Part shown: positions 12,433 to 25,200 of the stretch, piece by piece
Layout of the letters: the number at the start of each line of letters is the position of its first letter
How positions within the stretch are numbered: the first letter of the stretch is position 1
Assembly (NCBI RefSeq): GCF_037042905.1
Contig: NC_087252.1
Span: 9,116,001-9,180,000 of the forward strand
Source of the DNA: Lytechinus pictus
Lineage: Eukaryota
Direction of reading: 5' to 3'
DNA: 64,000 nucleotides
Notes under the pieces: generated by a model
What the model was told of the DNA's origin: nothing
Seen by the model: the letters and a program-made list of their open reading frames with translations, nothing else
The model's database searches: none
Position numbers and translations under genes: made by a program

Positions 12433-12756
12433 TCAAAAAGATTGTTACCACCTTACATATTTTCAAAATTTTCCCTAAATAATACCTTAATGATTATAAT
12501 ACTCGTACTGCCATCAATTTTCATTTTCCCTATAGAACCATGCAATGTTTCAAAAAATTCAATTTATTTTAAAGATCGATAGTCTGGAATAATATCCCAA
12601 TACATTTAAGAAATATTCCTTCTTTAAATAGTTTTTTAAAAATAAGTCCTATCTTTTGAGTTTGCGTGATCTTAATTAGTTTACTATACGTTGTTAAATT
12701 CATCTTTGTTTACGTGTCTTCACGTTTATTGTTTTCTTCTGTAATATTTCCTTTAA

Positions 12757-13340
12757 AGGAGAATGAAACCCTTGAAACTAGCTGAATCCATATCAAAGAG
12801 AAAAATCAAAGAAACATATTGTTGAAAGTTTGAGGAAGATTGAATGAATAATAAGAAAGTTATGAGCATTTGAATATTGAGATCACTAGTGCCATGTAGA
12901 TCCTCCCATCGGCAATGCGACCAAGATCTGTGATATCACACACGTACAACTCCCTCATTACTTTAGTACTTATTTCACTTATATTCTCACTTTTATAGAG
13001 TCTATCACAAGGTTAGGTGTTTTCTTTATGAGATGACAAGTACAGAGGTTTCACAACATTATATCATTGATGAATCGTTTGTCATATGATTAGAATGAGC
13101 AAAAAGAGATGTTTTGGGGTATATTTTCAGTGTCCGAATGGGAGATGTTGTACGTGTGTGACATCACAGATCTTGGTCGCATTGCCAATGGGGGGATCTC
13201 CATAGCATTAGTGATCTCGACATTCAAATGCTCATAACTCTTCTATTGCTAGTCCTATTTTACTCAAAGTTTTGTTGATCTTATTCTTTGATTTTTCTGC
13301 TTTCACAAAAGCTAACTTGCTCCAAGAGTTTCATTCTCCT
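12757..13340. mobile_element. Kolobok-type MITE
   Basis: TTAA|AGGAGAATGAAAC...GTTTCATTCTCCT|TTAA; long imperfect inverted arms. Confidence 0.8.
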
Positions 13341-13489
13341 TTAACTTATGTAAAAGGGGTCGACGTTTATAAGGCTTCTTGCTCTTGTTGTTGTCCGCAA
13401 TTCCCATGAAACCGTTTATTATGTAATTGTATTCATTGTCTTTTCACCTTTAATTGTTTCTGATAATTCTCTTGTTTATGTACTCCGGC

Positions 13490-14308
13490 GCCAAATCCAC
13501 ATTGATTATGTGCTCAAGGCGCTGCGAAAAGGAAATAATAGAAAAATTACACGGTACAGGAAGGGACAAAGATAAAAAGAATGACAGTCATGACAATGAA
13601 AGGAAACTACTGGAAGGCAATTTTAAACAAATGGGTTTTTAGAGTAATTTTGAAATTATCGATATTTAAAATACTACGAATGGAATATGGCAACTGATTC
13701 CATAAGGATGGCCCAGCATGTGCAAATGTCCGATCCCCCCATGATTTCTTGGATTTAGGAACTGTAAGCAATTTGGAATCAGAAGATCTTAAACGTCGAG
13801 GAGGATTGTATGGCATCAACAAATTAACACTATATTCTGGGGCAGATCCATGGATACAGTGAAAAACTAACAATAATAACTTAAATACAATACGGTACTC
13901 GATGGGTAACCAATGCAGTGAGGATAGAACTGGAGTTATGTGAGTAGAGCGTCTGATAAGGGTAACAATACGGGCTGCAGAATTCTGTAATTTTTGTAAG
14001 CGTGAGAGTTGGGATTGTGGAAGGTGAAACAAAAGAGAATTGCCAAAATCAAGTCGAGATGATATCAGAGCATGTATAATCTTTTCTGTAGCGGATCGGG
14101 TTAAATACTTGCGAATGATGCCTAAATTACGCAATTGATATCTGACTGATTTACACACGGAAGTGATCTGGGCAGACATAGACATTGTTGAATCAAACAA
14201 AACTCCAAGATTCCTGCATGATTTGGATGGCATAACATTAACATTACCAATTCTCAAAGAGGGAAGTCTTATCTTATCTAGTGCAGGATGGGGTGACTTT
14301 GGCAGCCA
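13490..14308 (-). mobile_element. 5'-truncated L2-clade LINE; ORF2 C-terminal part still open (13607-14257)
   Basis: RNLGVLFD, LISSRLDFGNSLL, LQKLQNSAARIV, HITPVLSSLHWLPI, WNQLP, FKITLKTHLF; 3' UTR with AGCGCCTTGAG...GGCGC tail. Confidence 0.9.
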
Positions 14309-14483
14309 CCTAAAGGGGGTAGGCTTTGTTATGCCCTCACTTCTTTATAATTATGTAGCTGATAGAGAAAGGCCAACTCTTTTGTCTCTAAGTGATTTAC
14401 AGGGGGGAAAATGCATACCCAAAACACAATTTTGCCACATTGGGGGCTCCAAAAAGCACGATATCTTTAGAGTCAAGCTACAG

Positions 14484-16341
14484 CAGTGGCGTAACAGGCG
14501 GGGGGCAGGGGGGAAGTTGCCCTCCCCCCCCCCCCCTGGCGGATTTCACCGGGAAAATAAAAGAAAAACGGGAAAAAGAAAAAAGAGGGAGAAAGGAAGG
14601 GAAAGGGGAAAAGGAAAGGGAAAAGAAAAGAAAACGAAGAAAAAACATTTTTTTAATGGAAAAGGAAGGAAAGCTGGAAAATGTACGAAAGAAGAACATT
14701 AGAGAAAGAACAAATCATTCCGAAATAGGCCTATGTAATGCAATAGCACGATGGGAAATGAATTAAAAGATGACAAAATGGCAACCAATCGCGGGAAACG
14801 AAGATAGAGAGTAATTGTCAAAAGCTTAATTGGAAAAGAAAAAGGACAAGGAAAAAAATAACACGACCGGGCTGCTAATGATTGAAATTAAAGAGCGGGG
14901 AAAAAGATGGACTGCATACATCATTCTGCTATAAGCTTGCTAAATTTCATGCAAATAAGCTACCGGGGCCCCAGACCCCACGCAGTAGGGGCTCTTCATT
15001 TATAACCTTCAAATGCATGGCTCTATAACGCCCCCCTTTCAAGCACAATCAATCACGGGCATACAGGCGGGGGGGGGTCTTGGTTCCACACTCAAGAGAA
15101 AATAAAAGAAATTGTAGGAGACAACGTATAATGAAATAAATGGAAACAATGAAATGCGTTATTTGCTGAATATAATGGAAAAAGCTATCACATAATTAGA
15201 ATTTGATTTCAATTGGCAATTGGCGACTGTTTTATAAATTTTCCCACATTGCTATGTTTTGCCCCTTCAAAATATTTGGTTCATTATGGAACCGGGTTGA
15301 ATAAATGAGTTGTGTAAAAGCTATATTCTGTAAATGACCGCGATTTGATTAAATAGCGGCAATCTGCGAGGTTTAAATGGCTTTGCTATCAAAAGTTCCG
15401 GGGGCTCCGCCCGGACCCAAACCGCACAGCACTGCGTATGGAAGGTTGGGCAATGGCCCTAAAAAGTTCTACAAACAAGAATAAAAAGGGAGGAAAGAAA
15501 AGCAAAGGAAAAGTGTAGGATATGATTTTATTTACTGAAGATAATGTCAAAAATAGTTAAAATTTAGATTCTCATGAAAAGGGAATTTTTTTCTCGCTCG
15601 CTTCGCTCGCTCGAGACTTATATAAAGCAGCCTTTTAGTACATGTGCTATGCCGTGGAAGAGGTTCTGACTCTCGACTTGTAAACAGAGTGTCGTGTGTT
15701 CGAATCCCACCGCGATCTAGCGTCCTTTGGCAAGGTGTTAATCCACACTTTGCCACTCTCGACCCAGGTGCTAAATGGGTACCCGGTAGGATGCGAAAGA
15801 TATTGTATGTTTTATTTTACCAGCGCCATAATGTGGCTGCGACGAATGCAAGAAATTCTCCCCAGGGAGTGGAAATTGTGCACTTTTCGTGCTTGACCGT
15901 GGTTGCTGTAACGCGCTTTGGGCCATTCTGGGAAAAGCGCTTTATAAAAATTGGCTATTATTATCATTATACCGTCCCTGGTTTTTTCCCCTTTTTTACT
16001 CTTCACGCTACTGCCACAAAGAATCCTGTTCACAGTGGCGTACAGATCACAAAAAAGGAATCTAAAGAGAGAAGAGTGAAATATATTATTATGTGGATAT
16101 CAATCATGTCAAAATCTATCACATATTTGGATTTTTGTAGTAAAAAGGTCAAAAATTTTGCTCGCTCGCTTCGCTCGCTCGCAACTGTTTTTAAAGATAA
16201 ATTCTGCCCGATGCGCAATATCTGGCCTTCTCAAATATAGTCACCTCATTACACCATTACGCCTGTTCATACCATGATATGACCGGGAAATGTTTGGTTC
16301 TTGCCCCCCCCCCCCGGCCAACGACCCCTGTTACGCCGCTG
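14484..16341. mobile_element. hAT-type non-autonomous element
   Basis: TIR CAGTGGCGTAACAGG / CCTGTTACGCCGCTG; perfect 8-bp TSD AGCTACAG (14476-14483, 16342-16349); CTCGCTCGCTTCGCTCGCTCG motifs. Confidence 0.88.
15650..15970 (+). mobile_element. tRNA-derived SINE with L2-like tail, nested in the hAT element
   Basis: B box GTTCGAATCCC, core CTCGACCCAGGTGCTAAATGGGTACC, tail GCGCTTTGGG...AAGCGCTTTATAAAAAT then (TTA)-like repeats. Confidence 0.8.
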
Positions 16342-18594
16342 AGCTACAGATAAGGGTGGGGTACATTTTACAGGCTCTTGTGGGACTATGCTTTAAGGTG
16401 ACCGAACATAATTGCATGCAAAATGCAGAGCAATGCCTCGATCCACTAACTTTTTAAGAGGTTTCATTGTTATAAAAGTTGATTTGTGTAGAAAACGCCT
16501 TTCATCCTCATACAGGTAATATATACCCTTCTATCGCTACGCACGTTACATGCATTTCTGCGTGTTACGCACATCAACAAAGGAGATGCAAGATAAAAAA
16601 AAAACAGATGTCAATGCACATGAACATTTTAGACAAAAACTTTTGGACGAATTTTAATATTTTTCAAAATGTATTAACCGGACTATCCAGAAAAAGATTT
16701 CAATCGATTTCTACTATCCAAATCATAGTAAAATGCGCATTCATTTAAAATAGTCCCATTGTCAGACTGTGTGCAAAAAATACGAAAATAATTGACTTTC
16801 ATCAAAAACCCAAGAGGGCCACCAGAATTGTCAATTCTGAACCCCGTGGAACATGATTTGGCAAAGGGAACATCAAGATTCATTAACTAGACACTTTAGG
16901 CAATACATAAACGTTGATTAAAAATATATTATGATGGTGCACAGGAACCCCCATTTACGACTCGACTGCAATAATGCAATCATACATGCCATAGGTTTAT
17001 TGTTGAAAACTAGGCTTAAAACGTAGCCTATAGCACTATGAACACGAGCAGGAATTTCTCTCGTTTTACTCTCAATAAAACGAGAGCCACTTCTTACATA
17101 AAAGTGTCTAAATTTTAACTATTTTTAACGGATTTTCATCTCAAAATTTTCGAGAGCAAAGTTAGTTTTTATGATCCTCCAGAAGGCCACTTCCAGAACT
17201 TAATGGCCGTTTGGCCCTGAATGGCCCAAGCGAATCACTTCGCTGATGGGATTTACGATCCTACAGGGAGTATCCGTTCTCCCTCTCGATTGCGGCCACA
17301 ATGCGCTTAATCTCACTCCCAGACTTTCACAAAATTTAAAAAACAGTGCAGGCTTACAGTGAATTCTACATTTACACCGATATCTTTAGTAATTAGAATA
17401 AGTTTGAAAACAAAAATAAATTTTGGTAGAGCATGCGTTGTAGATGAAAAACACGACTACACGGCGGTATTCTGCAGCATTCTTTGGCAGTACAGAAGAT
17501 CAGAACTATCCATTATTAGTCCTGAAAATGGAAATATGGTAGTATGTCGCGTTTGTGTTGTTTTTATACTTTTACGGATCTGAAAGACCCAGAATTTGGT
17601 GGCACCGTCGAACAGGAAACAGAAAAAAATATGTGCTGATAAAGTGGCTGTTCCAATCTCATTATTTTTGCAATTTACTGGGAAAACTCCAGCAACACCT
17701 TCATCAGTTTTCGAATAGTACGATATCACAGCATGACTTTGATAATATTATATGAATTGTAAATGTTATTATTAATTTATCGCACTTTAAATCTATTACT
17801 GTTCTGTGCTATTTTCCACAGATCCCTGCAGAAAGCGTTTTGGCAAAAGGGTTAAAAGTTACGGTTGACTTTACTCCAGTTCTTGTATATTGAAAAAATA
17901 GATAAAATGCAAAGTTTACCCAATTATAGTTTTGCTTTTGTTTGTAATGTACATACTGCATGCATTCATCGCATAAGCTGAACACTCATTATTCGCAGCG
18001 AATAAAAACATGAAGAATAGATATGGAAAATGAAACTTTTAAAGGAGACATTAGCTTAGAGTTAGACAACATCCTAAAGAATAATAATTCCCCCTTTTCA
18101 CCTTTTCATTTTATTTTCAATTTCGAACATACAAATCAATTTTAAACAAAATCAACAGATGGAAATCATCGTGTTATAGCAAAGCAAACTGAATACAATA
18201 ATCTCAATCACATCAAAATTTTCATAAGATAAACTAAACATTTCTGAAATTAGGCTTATGACTAATTGAATGAATGCGTTTAAAATGAGAACAAAAGCAA
18301 AGAAGCGAGAAGGATTATAACACTCATACTGAACGCAAATATGAAAGGAACGTGGAGATGGCCATGGATAAATGGGGTGGGGCTCCACTAAAAGAGAGAA
18401 TATGATACAAAAGAAGAAGGAAACACCAATTATGAAATATGCACCTAATCAAGGGGGCACGATCGCACAAGTCATACAAGCTCTCTTCTATTGAGAGGAA
18501 GGGAATATGGGGGCGTATTGAGTATAAACGGGTTCTACGTAAATGTTGTACGAGTTCTTTGCAGGGGACACTTTTTCTCAAAATATATTGTTAA

Positions 18595-19189
18595 AGGGAT
18601 GGTCCAGGCTGGATATATTTATATCTCAATATATAAAGTAAAATTCATAAAGCAAAATGCTGAAAATTTTATCAAAATCGGATAACAAATGACGAAGTAT
18701 TGAATTTTAAAGATTTGCATTATTCCGGTGAAACGGTTCTTCTAGGCATGTCTTTATAAATATTCATTATAGGTAGGCGGATGAAGTCATATCCCAACTT
18801 CTTCTTTTGACTTTTATTATATGAAATTAGGTTTATTCAAACATTCTCTACCATGAACTAAAACAATTGGATGGACAACAGATTAAATGCAGTACTTATT
18901 TACTGCCGCAACTTATTTCATCATAAATGAGACATATCATTTACATAATGGAAAAATTAAACATTTATGATTTCATGTAATAACATAAGAAAAAGGAAAG
19001 TGGGGAGGTGACATCGGCCAACCTAATGAATATTCATGACGATGTGCATGTAGCTGTTTTCACAAAATATTGATAAACTTTTACATTAAATAACTTATTT
19101 GTTTTCCGATTTTGATGAAATATTCAGCATATTGCACTGTAAATTTTACTTTATTTAGTTAGATATAAATATTTTCAGCCCGGACCATT
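18595..19189. mobile_element. Kolobok-type MITE, right end eroded
   Basis: TTAA|AGGGATGGTCCAGGCTG...CAGCCCGGACCAT; similar to 45866-46724. Confidence 0.7.
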
Positions 19190-20608
19190 GTTGGGGTGGA
19201 CTTGTCATTTAAATACTAATAGGATCCATGATTAGCGACAACAGTCATCGGGCGCGTGCGACCTTCAACATGCCTGCTTTAGATCAGACTCTACAATGAC
19301 GCTTACATTAAACCATAATATTAAAAAAAGCAGCAGGTAAAGATAATCTTATTACGCGTAAGCAGTCTGCTGTGCGAACCCTTTACTCAAGGGTCTAAAT
19401 TGCAGCGTATTCCATGTCTTGTGTAAAAAAAAATGCTGAATATATCACAAATGGTGCTGGTACACTGAAAATTCAAAGTAGCGACAAACTTGTTAAAACG
19501 TTATCCCCTCTTGTTAGAATGATTTTCTTTTATATAATGTCTCATAGATCGTCGATCAACAAGCTTATCGTTTTCGGGAAGTAATCCCCCTATTGTTTGC
19601 TGATATCTTATTGCTCAGTTTTTTGTTTCATATGTATTTAAATGTTTTGGTCTGTTTTGTTTTCGTAAAAAAATGAATGAATATACAACAAATAATAAAA
19701 TAAGTCATTAAAAATAATAATAATAAATACAATTGTTACCCTACTTTTCATACAGTAGGTGGCAAAAATATTTAATCATGACTTATTGCTAAATAAAAAC
19801 AAGGTATGGAATGGAATAGAAATAGCCATGTGCTATAGTTATGCGTGGAGACACACTTATTGATCAAAGGTTCAATCAGGGTCTGTGAGGCAAATTTTTG
19901 AGGGGGTCAGATATGGCGTATCGGACAAAATTTATCTTTTAAAAAAAGTTGTGAGGGAGCAAAGCGAGCAAGCAAAAAAAATGACAATTTTATTACAAAG
20001 ATCCAATTTTGTGATAGATTTTGACATAATATTCAGAATATAACATCATACCTCACCCTTATCTCTTTCCTTTTTTTTTTTGGTCTGTACGCCACTGTGA
20101 AAAGGATTGTGGGCGAAAAAGAGGGGCACAATAAGACGCATGTGCCAAAAAGCTGCTTAACATAATTATCTCCCAAACGAGCGAGAAAAAAAATCAACTT
20201 TTCATGAGGATCTATATTTCTTGACACTTTATTCAGAAAATATACATCACATCTATACTTTTTCCTTTTGTTCTAAATCAGCAAGCGTTTAGCACTCGCG
20301 TTAGATGGCTATGGTGAGATATACAGTAATATTCTCTTAATGGATTCCTAAAATAAGGTCCTTAAAAATGTCACTGTTTGGGGTCATATACAAAAATGTC
20401 AGGTCGCGCTTCGCGCTTGCATTATTTGTTTAGCAAGACAGGTACGTATCATGAATGATTACAAAAATTGCTCATAATGTCCCTTTTTAGGTCTGAATAT
20501 CAAAACTTTTGAGATGGCGCATCGCGCTCGCATTATTTGATCAGTGAGAATGTGAGATACATATCCGTTCAATGCCAATGGCAGGAATATAACAATTTAT
20601 GTGCAGTG

Positions 20609-22241
20609 TGTAGCGGCATGAATATAATTTGGTATATTTGCCATTATTATGTACTGTTTACATGCATGTATCTTGTATACAGAGTCAGTGGAAAAAGAAA
20701 GTAAAAAATGTCAATGCCAGATTGTACACAGCGCATTGCTTATTGTGCTCCTTGATTCCAAGAAGTCCAGGAGAAGATGAGTCATATGGGTGAAGCATCA
20801 CCCAAAGTATAGAACAAAGAAAGTAAGATTCAGAAGTTGCAAAGATTCAGAAGAAGATAGTCAAGAAATTGTATTTATTCCTATAAATTGTGAAATTCTC
20901 CAGGATTGCAAACAGTTGGTAAGTTTAAATTGCATTATTTTCAAAGTTTATATATGTGCTGTCAATTATTCCATAATACTGGGTTTCATAAGTCATTCAC
21001 ATTTATGTAATTTTGGCTCAAATTTGAGTGATGGAATTTGGCATTTTGCTCTCTATCGAGCATTACTTCATAATGTATACATGTACACACAAACCAATAG
21101 AAGGTGATTGGTGTTCAGTCAGATTTAATTACTATTAATATGTCATAAAGAGATAATTATGCTTCGTATTATTGTGTGCTATTATGTTCACATGAACTTA
21201 TTCTTAATTTGATTACACAAGAAGATTATATTGCATTTATTTTCTGAGAGTGATATATAATGCTCACTTCATTTAGTTGTAAGTAGTCAACTGGTGTTAT
21301 ATATTGTGTAGGGTGGTAGGGTCTCCTAGCTTAGGCATGAGATCATTGGGTTATTACTCTATTACTATATTATGTTATTATAAACATATCTAAGTACTGT
21401 TTGGTTTAGTTTAGGAATCACATATATTATGATTCATCATGGTTTATTATTATTTAACCAGTTATTAGTAAGTGTCTGTTATATATTTTCTGTTTGCCTA
21501 TATTAATTTCAGTATTATTTGCTTTAAGATAATAAGGGCATTAAAGGGATGAAGATGTTTATTAACTATAATTAAAATTATTAGGCCAACAAGATAATGA
21601 GTTTATATTGCACATATTCAGATTTAATCTGATATTGATTACAGTTATTGATTACCAATTTATTATTGTTTACCAAACAACAATTATTCAACTCAAATAA
21701 TATGATCAATTATTGAGGTTTCCTTTAATCACGTTAATATCCTTGACCGTTGTATATTGCATTAGTATCATTGAGACTTATTCCCTGTGGGTATATAAGA
21801 AGTTATTTACAAGTTATTCAGTCATGTTTGAATTATGTTACTGTTGGCAAATGAATATTAACACTGTGTTTATATGTTTATTTGTTTATTCAGCGAACCG
21901 CTCAATTACCGCTCAATTACCGCTCAATTACCGCTCAATTACCGCTCAATTATCGCTCAATCGTCGCTCAATTGTCGTGCAATTGTTGAAGTACTGGTTG
22001 TTGACAGTTGATGCTGGTTAAAGTTTTCTTCGCTGGTCGTTGGTTATGTCGACCTAGAAACTTCATTACAAGGCCGTATTTGATGTCAAGTTGTTGATTT
22101 ATGTGTCGTCATTATTACGGAAGAAGTTGAAGAAGGAATAAACAGACAAGTAACTGTAAAGCCGTTGTTTGAGTCTTCAATTAGCGTGTTCGAACTAAGC
22201 AATTAAGAATTTCCACGTGTAGTTTAAGAAAGGCAGCTACA
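20609..22241 (+). repeat. 5' LTR
   Basis: Direct repeat of 28057-29689 (offset 7448); TATAAA 20882, AATAAA 22137, 11-bp CCGCTCAATTA tandem at ~21898-21960. Confidence 0.97.
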
Positions 22242-22261
22242 CGACAGTTCGCAACTGCATT

Positions 22262-25200
22262 ATGGATCCCTCAAATAAACCAAATTCAGAAGCCCTTGCT
22301 GGAGTTGGACCTGGAGCTGGAGACGACGAGGATGATGTAAAGTCTACCACATCTCGGGGGAGCGCCATGTCCAGAGTGTCTTGTGTAAGCGATACATCAA
22401 GCGTGAAACTAAGAGCAGCGAGGGTGAAGGAGGAGCTGGTGAATAAGAAAAGGGAGCAGTTCTTACAGGAACAAAGACTAAGACGAGAACAGTTTAAATT
22501 ACAACAGGAACAATTTGAACTGAATGAAAGAATAGAACTTCTCAAGATCGACCATGACAAGGAAAATGCCAAGGTTGAAGCCACCATGTGGCAAGAACAA
22601 GTAAATGAAGAAAGGGCAGAAGCAGGATTTCCGCCCTTACCTAACAAGGACTTGGACAAAGTACAAATTACAGAAAGGTGGTTCTCCACCCAGGGAGAAT
22701 CAAATCATCAGGGTAATGTACCAAATGTTCAAAAGGATAATGTATATGTTAAAGGTAATGAACATGTAAGTACTGGTGTAGTAGGTGAAGGTACTACAAC
22801 AATTCATAAGCCGGGTAATGAAGGAGTAGGGTTAAGCAGGGGATACAATGGTAATCACCAAGTTAATAGCCAAGCACAAGAACAGAAACCCTTCATACCC
22901 AATCCATTTCAGACCCCAGTTAATAACATGTATAATCATAATATGATGGCAATGGCTCTAAGTTTGCCAAAGCCAGACATGCCAACTTTCTCAGGCAATC
23001 CGATTGATTATTGGAATTTTGTGAATAGTTTTGAAGTTAATATTGCTGACAGAATTCATGACAGTAGGTTAAAATTGTCTTACTTAATTCAGTTTACCTC
23101 AGACAAGGCCAGAGAGGCCATAGAAAATTGTGTATTATTAGATCCCGATACAGGTTATTCCCGAGCTAGGATAATACTACAGGACCAGTTCGGACGGAAC
23201 TATATAGTGGCTAGAGCTCACCTGGAGAAGGTCATCAATAGATCACCACTCAGGGCCACGGACAGCCAAGGTCTGTGGGATCTAGCCAGAGACATGAGGA
23301 GGTGTCAGATGACAACTTCTCAGATGGGGTACTCGGCTGATATGAGTACAACGGATACCCTACTGAAGATTCAACATCTTCTCCCAGTCCACATTCAGTC
23401 CAAGTGGGCCAGCCGAGCACATTCACTGATGGAGCAATCAGTGATGCCCAACTTCTCCCATCTGACAGACTTCATCGAAGAGTCTGCTAAGGTGGCGAGT
23501 AATGTGTTCGGTAAGAGCGTAGGGCGTCCAGCCGTGCAAGACAAGAAGGCATCTGCGGGGAAGCCTAGGCCAAAGGTTTCGACCTTTAATACTACAACAA
23601 GCAAGTCTGAGAAACCTAAGGAATCGAGCTCATGCCCATGCTGCTCAGAGAAGCATGAGCTTGATAAGTGCCGCAAATTTAAAGGTCAGTCAGTAGATGA
23701 AAGGTTTGCCTTTGTCAAGTCTAAGGGGCTATGTTTCAATTGCCTCAAAGGGTCGCACATGGCAAAGGGCTGTACAGCTACCCCTAAGTGCAGCAAGGAT
23801 GGGTGCAAGAAAAGACACCACACCCTTCTTCACATGGAGTGGTACACCAAGGGCAAAGATAAAGGGCAAGAAACAGGTAAGCAAACTGGGGCCGGGAAAG
23901 GATCTGACTTAGATAACCAGGCCGACACCAATGCTGTTGGTGGTCAGAAAGAGGTTTGTCTCCGAGTTTTACCTGTCAAGGTTAGAGGCAATGGCAGGGA
24001 GGTGACAACATGGGCTTTGCTGGACCATGGCAGCGATGTTTCCCTCTGCGAACAGCGTCTTGCAGATGACCTCGGCATCCAAGGTAAGGAGACAAACTTC
24101 CGACTGACCACGGTGAACAACACTAATACCCAAAGGGGAGGACAGGAGGTCAGTTTCTCCATTCAAGGAATTAAGGACAGGGATGTAATTGATATGCCCA
24201 GGGTGTGGACGGTAGAATCACTACCAACAACCCATAGAAGTATACCAAGACAACAGGACGTAGATAGATGGTCCCATCTGAAGGGAATAGAGCTTCCAAC
24301 AGCTGCCAAGAAGGATATCACCTTGCTCATAGGGAGTGACACTCCAGAGGCCTTCTGGGTCCAGGAAGAAAGGAGGGGAAAGAAGAAAGAACCATATGCT
24401 ATCCGTTCTCCACTGGGATGGACAGTCATGGGCCCCACCGGACGCAGAAGGAAAGGAGCATTTGAGGTGAACAACATCTCCTCAATGGATGACCATTTGC
24501 AAGAGCAAGTCCAGAGATTCTGGAAACTGGACTATGCTCCTGGTGATGAGAGTGAAAGATTAGGTGACTCGGTAGAAGACAGGAAGGCTCGTGCCATGAT
24601 GGAATACACAATCCGTCTTATGGATGGCCATTATGAGATGGGTTTACCTTGGCGTCAATTCCCTCCGTCTCTACCAAACAACCACAAGATGGCAGAGTCA
24701 CGTTTACGATCTCTAAAGAGAAGACTGGAGAAGGATGACAGCCTTCACCAGAAGTACACAGAAACTATGACAAATTATTTGTCGAAGGGGTTTGCAAGGG
24801 AGGTGGACGAGGACCCTCAAGAGGAGGGCTCTATCTGGTATCTACCTCACCACCCAGTGACTCATCCCTTCAAGCCGGAAAAGGTGCGTGTAGTATTTGA
24901 CTGTGCTGCCAAATACCAAGGAATCTCCCTTAACAGCCAGTTATTGAGTGGACCGGATTACACCAATAAGCTTGTTGGTGTGCTTCTTCGCTTCAGACAA
25001 GAGGAGATAGCACTGGTGGCAGATGTGGAGGGTATGTTCCACCAAGTGAGGGTCACACCCGCCCACACTGATGCGCTCAGATTCTTGTGGTGGGAGAACG
25101 GCAACACGGACACGACGCCTAAGACGTACAAGATGCAAGTCCATCTGTTTCGAGCGACTTCGTCTCCAAGCTGTGCAGGCTTTGCACTCCAAAGGACTGA

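Larger units (their letters stand above)
10265..12650 (+). mobile_element. fossil CR1-group LINE ORF2 (RT), frameshifted, interrupted by a SINE and a Tx1 fragment
   Basis: Ordered remnants ETFNDYFVNIG, TNYRPLSVLP, NQYGFRSGH, FLDLSKAFDSLDH, CGVPQGSILGP, LFADD, WNNIP. Confidence 0.85.

Noticed and set aside
16350..17856. possible piggyBac-like remnant ending AGGGTTAA
   Set aside because: No matching left TIR or transposase remnant found.
20790..22021. 105-aa and 102-aa ORFs duplicated at 28238 and 29161
   Set aside because: They lie in the LTRs, have non-ATG starts and no motifs; the duplication only reflects LTR identity.
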